NCBI GenBank assembly: GCA_043804895.1
Contig: JAZDIN010000001.1
Location: 1 to 48,209 of the forward strand
DNA length: 48,209 nucleotides
Direction: 5' to 3'
DNA from: Candidatus Altiarchaeota archaeon
GTDB lineage: Archaea; Altiarchaeota; Altiarchaeia; IMC4; SCGC-AAA252-I15
In this document: positions 47,392-48,209 of the stretch, piece by piece
Position numbering within the stretch: position 1 is the stretch's first letter
Layout: the number at the start of each line of letters is the position of its first letter
Notes under the pieces: generated by a model
Databases searched by the model: none
The model's input: the letters and a program-made list of their open reading frames with translations, nothing else
What the model was told of the DNA's origin: nothing
Program-made: the position numbers and the translations under genes

Positions 47392-48209
47392 GGATTGAAC
47401 CTCTCAAGTATCCCCTCCACTCCCTTTGCGTTTCCGCCGCCCATGGCGAGCCTGGCGTTCCCGCCTCCTCCCCCCCCAAGGGTTTCGCAAAGCCTCTTGC
47501 ACACTTCGCCGGCGTTGTGTTTAGAGTTTGACGCCACAACGACATTAACCTTCTCGCCCTCCTTGTTGACGAGAACCAGCAACCTACCCTCTCTTCCTAC
47601 GGCCTTGCTCGCAATCTCTGTCAAGGTCTTCACGTTCAGGTCTGAGGTCAGGTGTTTCACTACCTCACCTTTCTGGAATTCCACATCAATCTCATCAGCC
47701 AAACCCCATGAGGTCGCAGACTGAAGCTTCTCGATAACCTTCCTACTCTGCTTCCAGGCTTCGAAGAGGTTCTCAGCAGCCTCGACGAAGTGCTTCGATT
47801 TTTTAAGCTCATAAGGTTTAGCCTTCATGCTGCTAATCGTCGCTGAGTCGGCCTCATACTCTCCCCTGAACCTCCCTATAGTCTGCGGCAGCTTCTCGGA
47901 TTGGACTTTGAAAATCGTGGCCGCATCCCGCAGCTTTTTCGTGTCGAAGATGTCGTCAACCCCCAGCATCCTGGCAGCCTCTGCGAAAAGTTCCTCCTCC
48001 CTCCCGCTTCTCCTATCTGATGCTCCGCCTGCGGTGAACTCAAGCCTGACGACGCCGTCCTGTATCCTCTTCGCTGAGAGCATCTTAATGTGACCTGCCT
48101 CACTCGTGTTCGTGAGGTGCGTTCCTCCACAGGCTTCAACGTCAACTCCGACGATGTTGACTATGCGCAATTCTACTCCTGGTACAGCCCCGCCCTGGTA
48201 GAGTCTCAT
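47388..48209 (-). CDS. alaS: Alanyl-tRNA synthetase, C-terminal part (partial)
   Basis: RLYQGG, EACGGTH, RIQDGVVRLEF and the C-Ala GGGGGG motif. Confidence 0.93.
   Translation of the reverse strand: MRLYQGGAVPGVELRIVNIVGVDVEACGGTHLTNTSEAGHIKMLSAKRIQDGVVRLEFTAGGASDRRSGREEELFAEAARMLGVDDIFDTKKLRDAATIFKVQSEKLPQTIGRFRGEYEADSATISSMKAKPYELKKSKHFVEAAENLFEAWKQSRKVIEKLQSATSWGLADEIDVEFQKGEVVKHLTSDLNVKTLTEIASKAVGREGRLLVLVNKEGEKVNVVVASNSKHNAGEVCKRLCETLGGGGGGNARLAMGGGNAKGVEGILERFNP

Overview
This is an archaeal chromosomal segment. It carries archaeal-type RadA, RadB, MCM, PriL, EndA, LonB, Kae1, SAM synthetase, the HMGS/thiolase/DUF35 cluster, a form III RuBisCO and a histone-fold gene, and many genes look leaderless with a TATA box about 25 nt upstream. 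The Thr-rich surface proteins and gene content suggest Altiarchaeota or a DPANN-related lineage, but that is inference only. Most of the window is housekeeping: purD, hisB, aroA, aroC, panD, fumarase, malic enzyme, mre11, nog1 and a partial alaS. Accessory features are a probable cobalamin ECF transporter with a divergent surface binding protein, a 3 kb island of three toxin-antitoxin pairs, an AT-rich frameshifted membrane gene, three Mg-related genes (MgtC, CorA, MgtA) and three small ORFs missing from the ORF track. The most notable observation is a duplicated ~130 nt non-coding element (33517-33700 and 41605-41735). It has four copies of a TAGCAAATG-like arm with covarying stems, and in both cases lies between the 3' end of a Mg2+ transporter gene and the Shine-Dalgarno of the next gene. 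No CRISPR, tRNA, rRNA, integrase or transposase was recognised.
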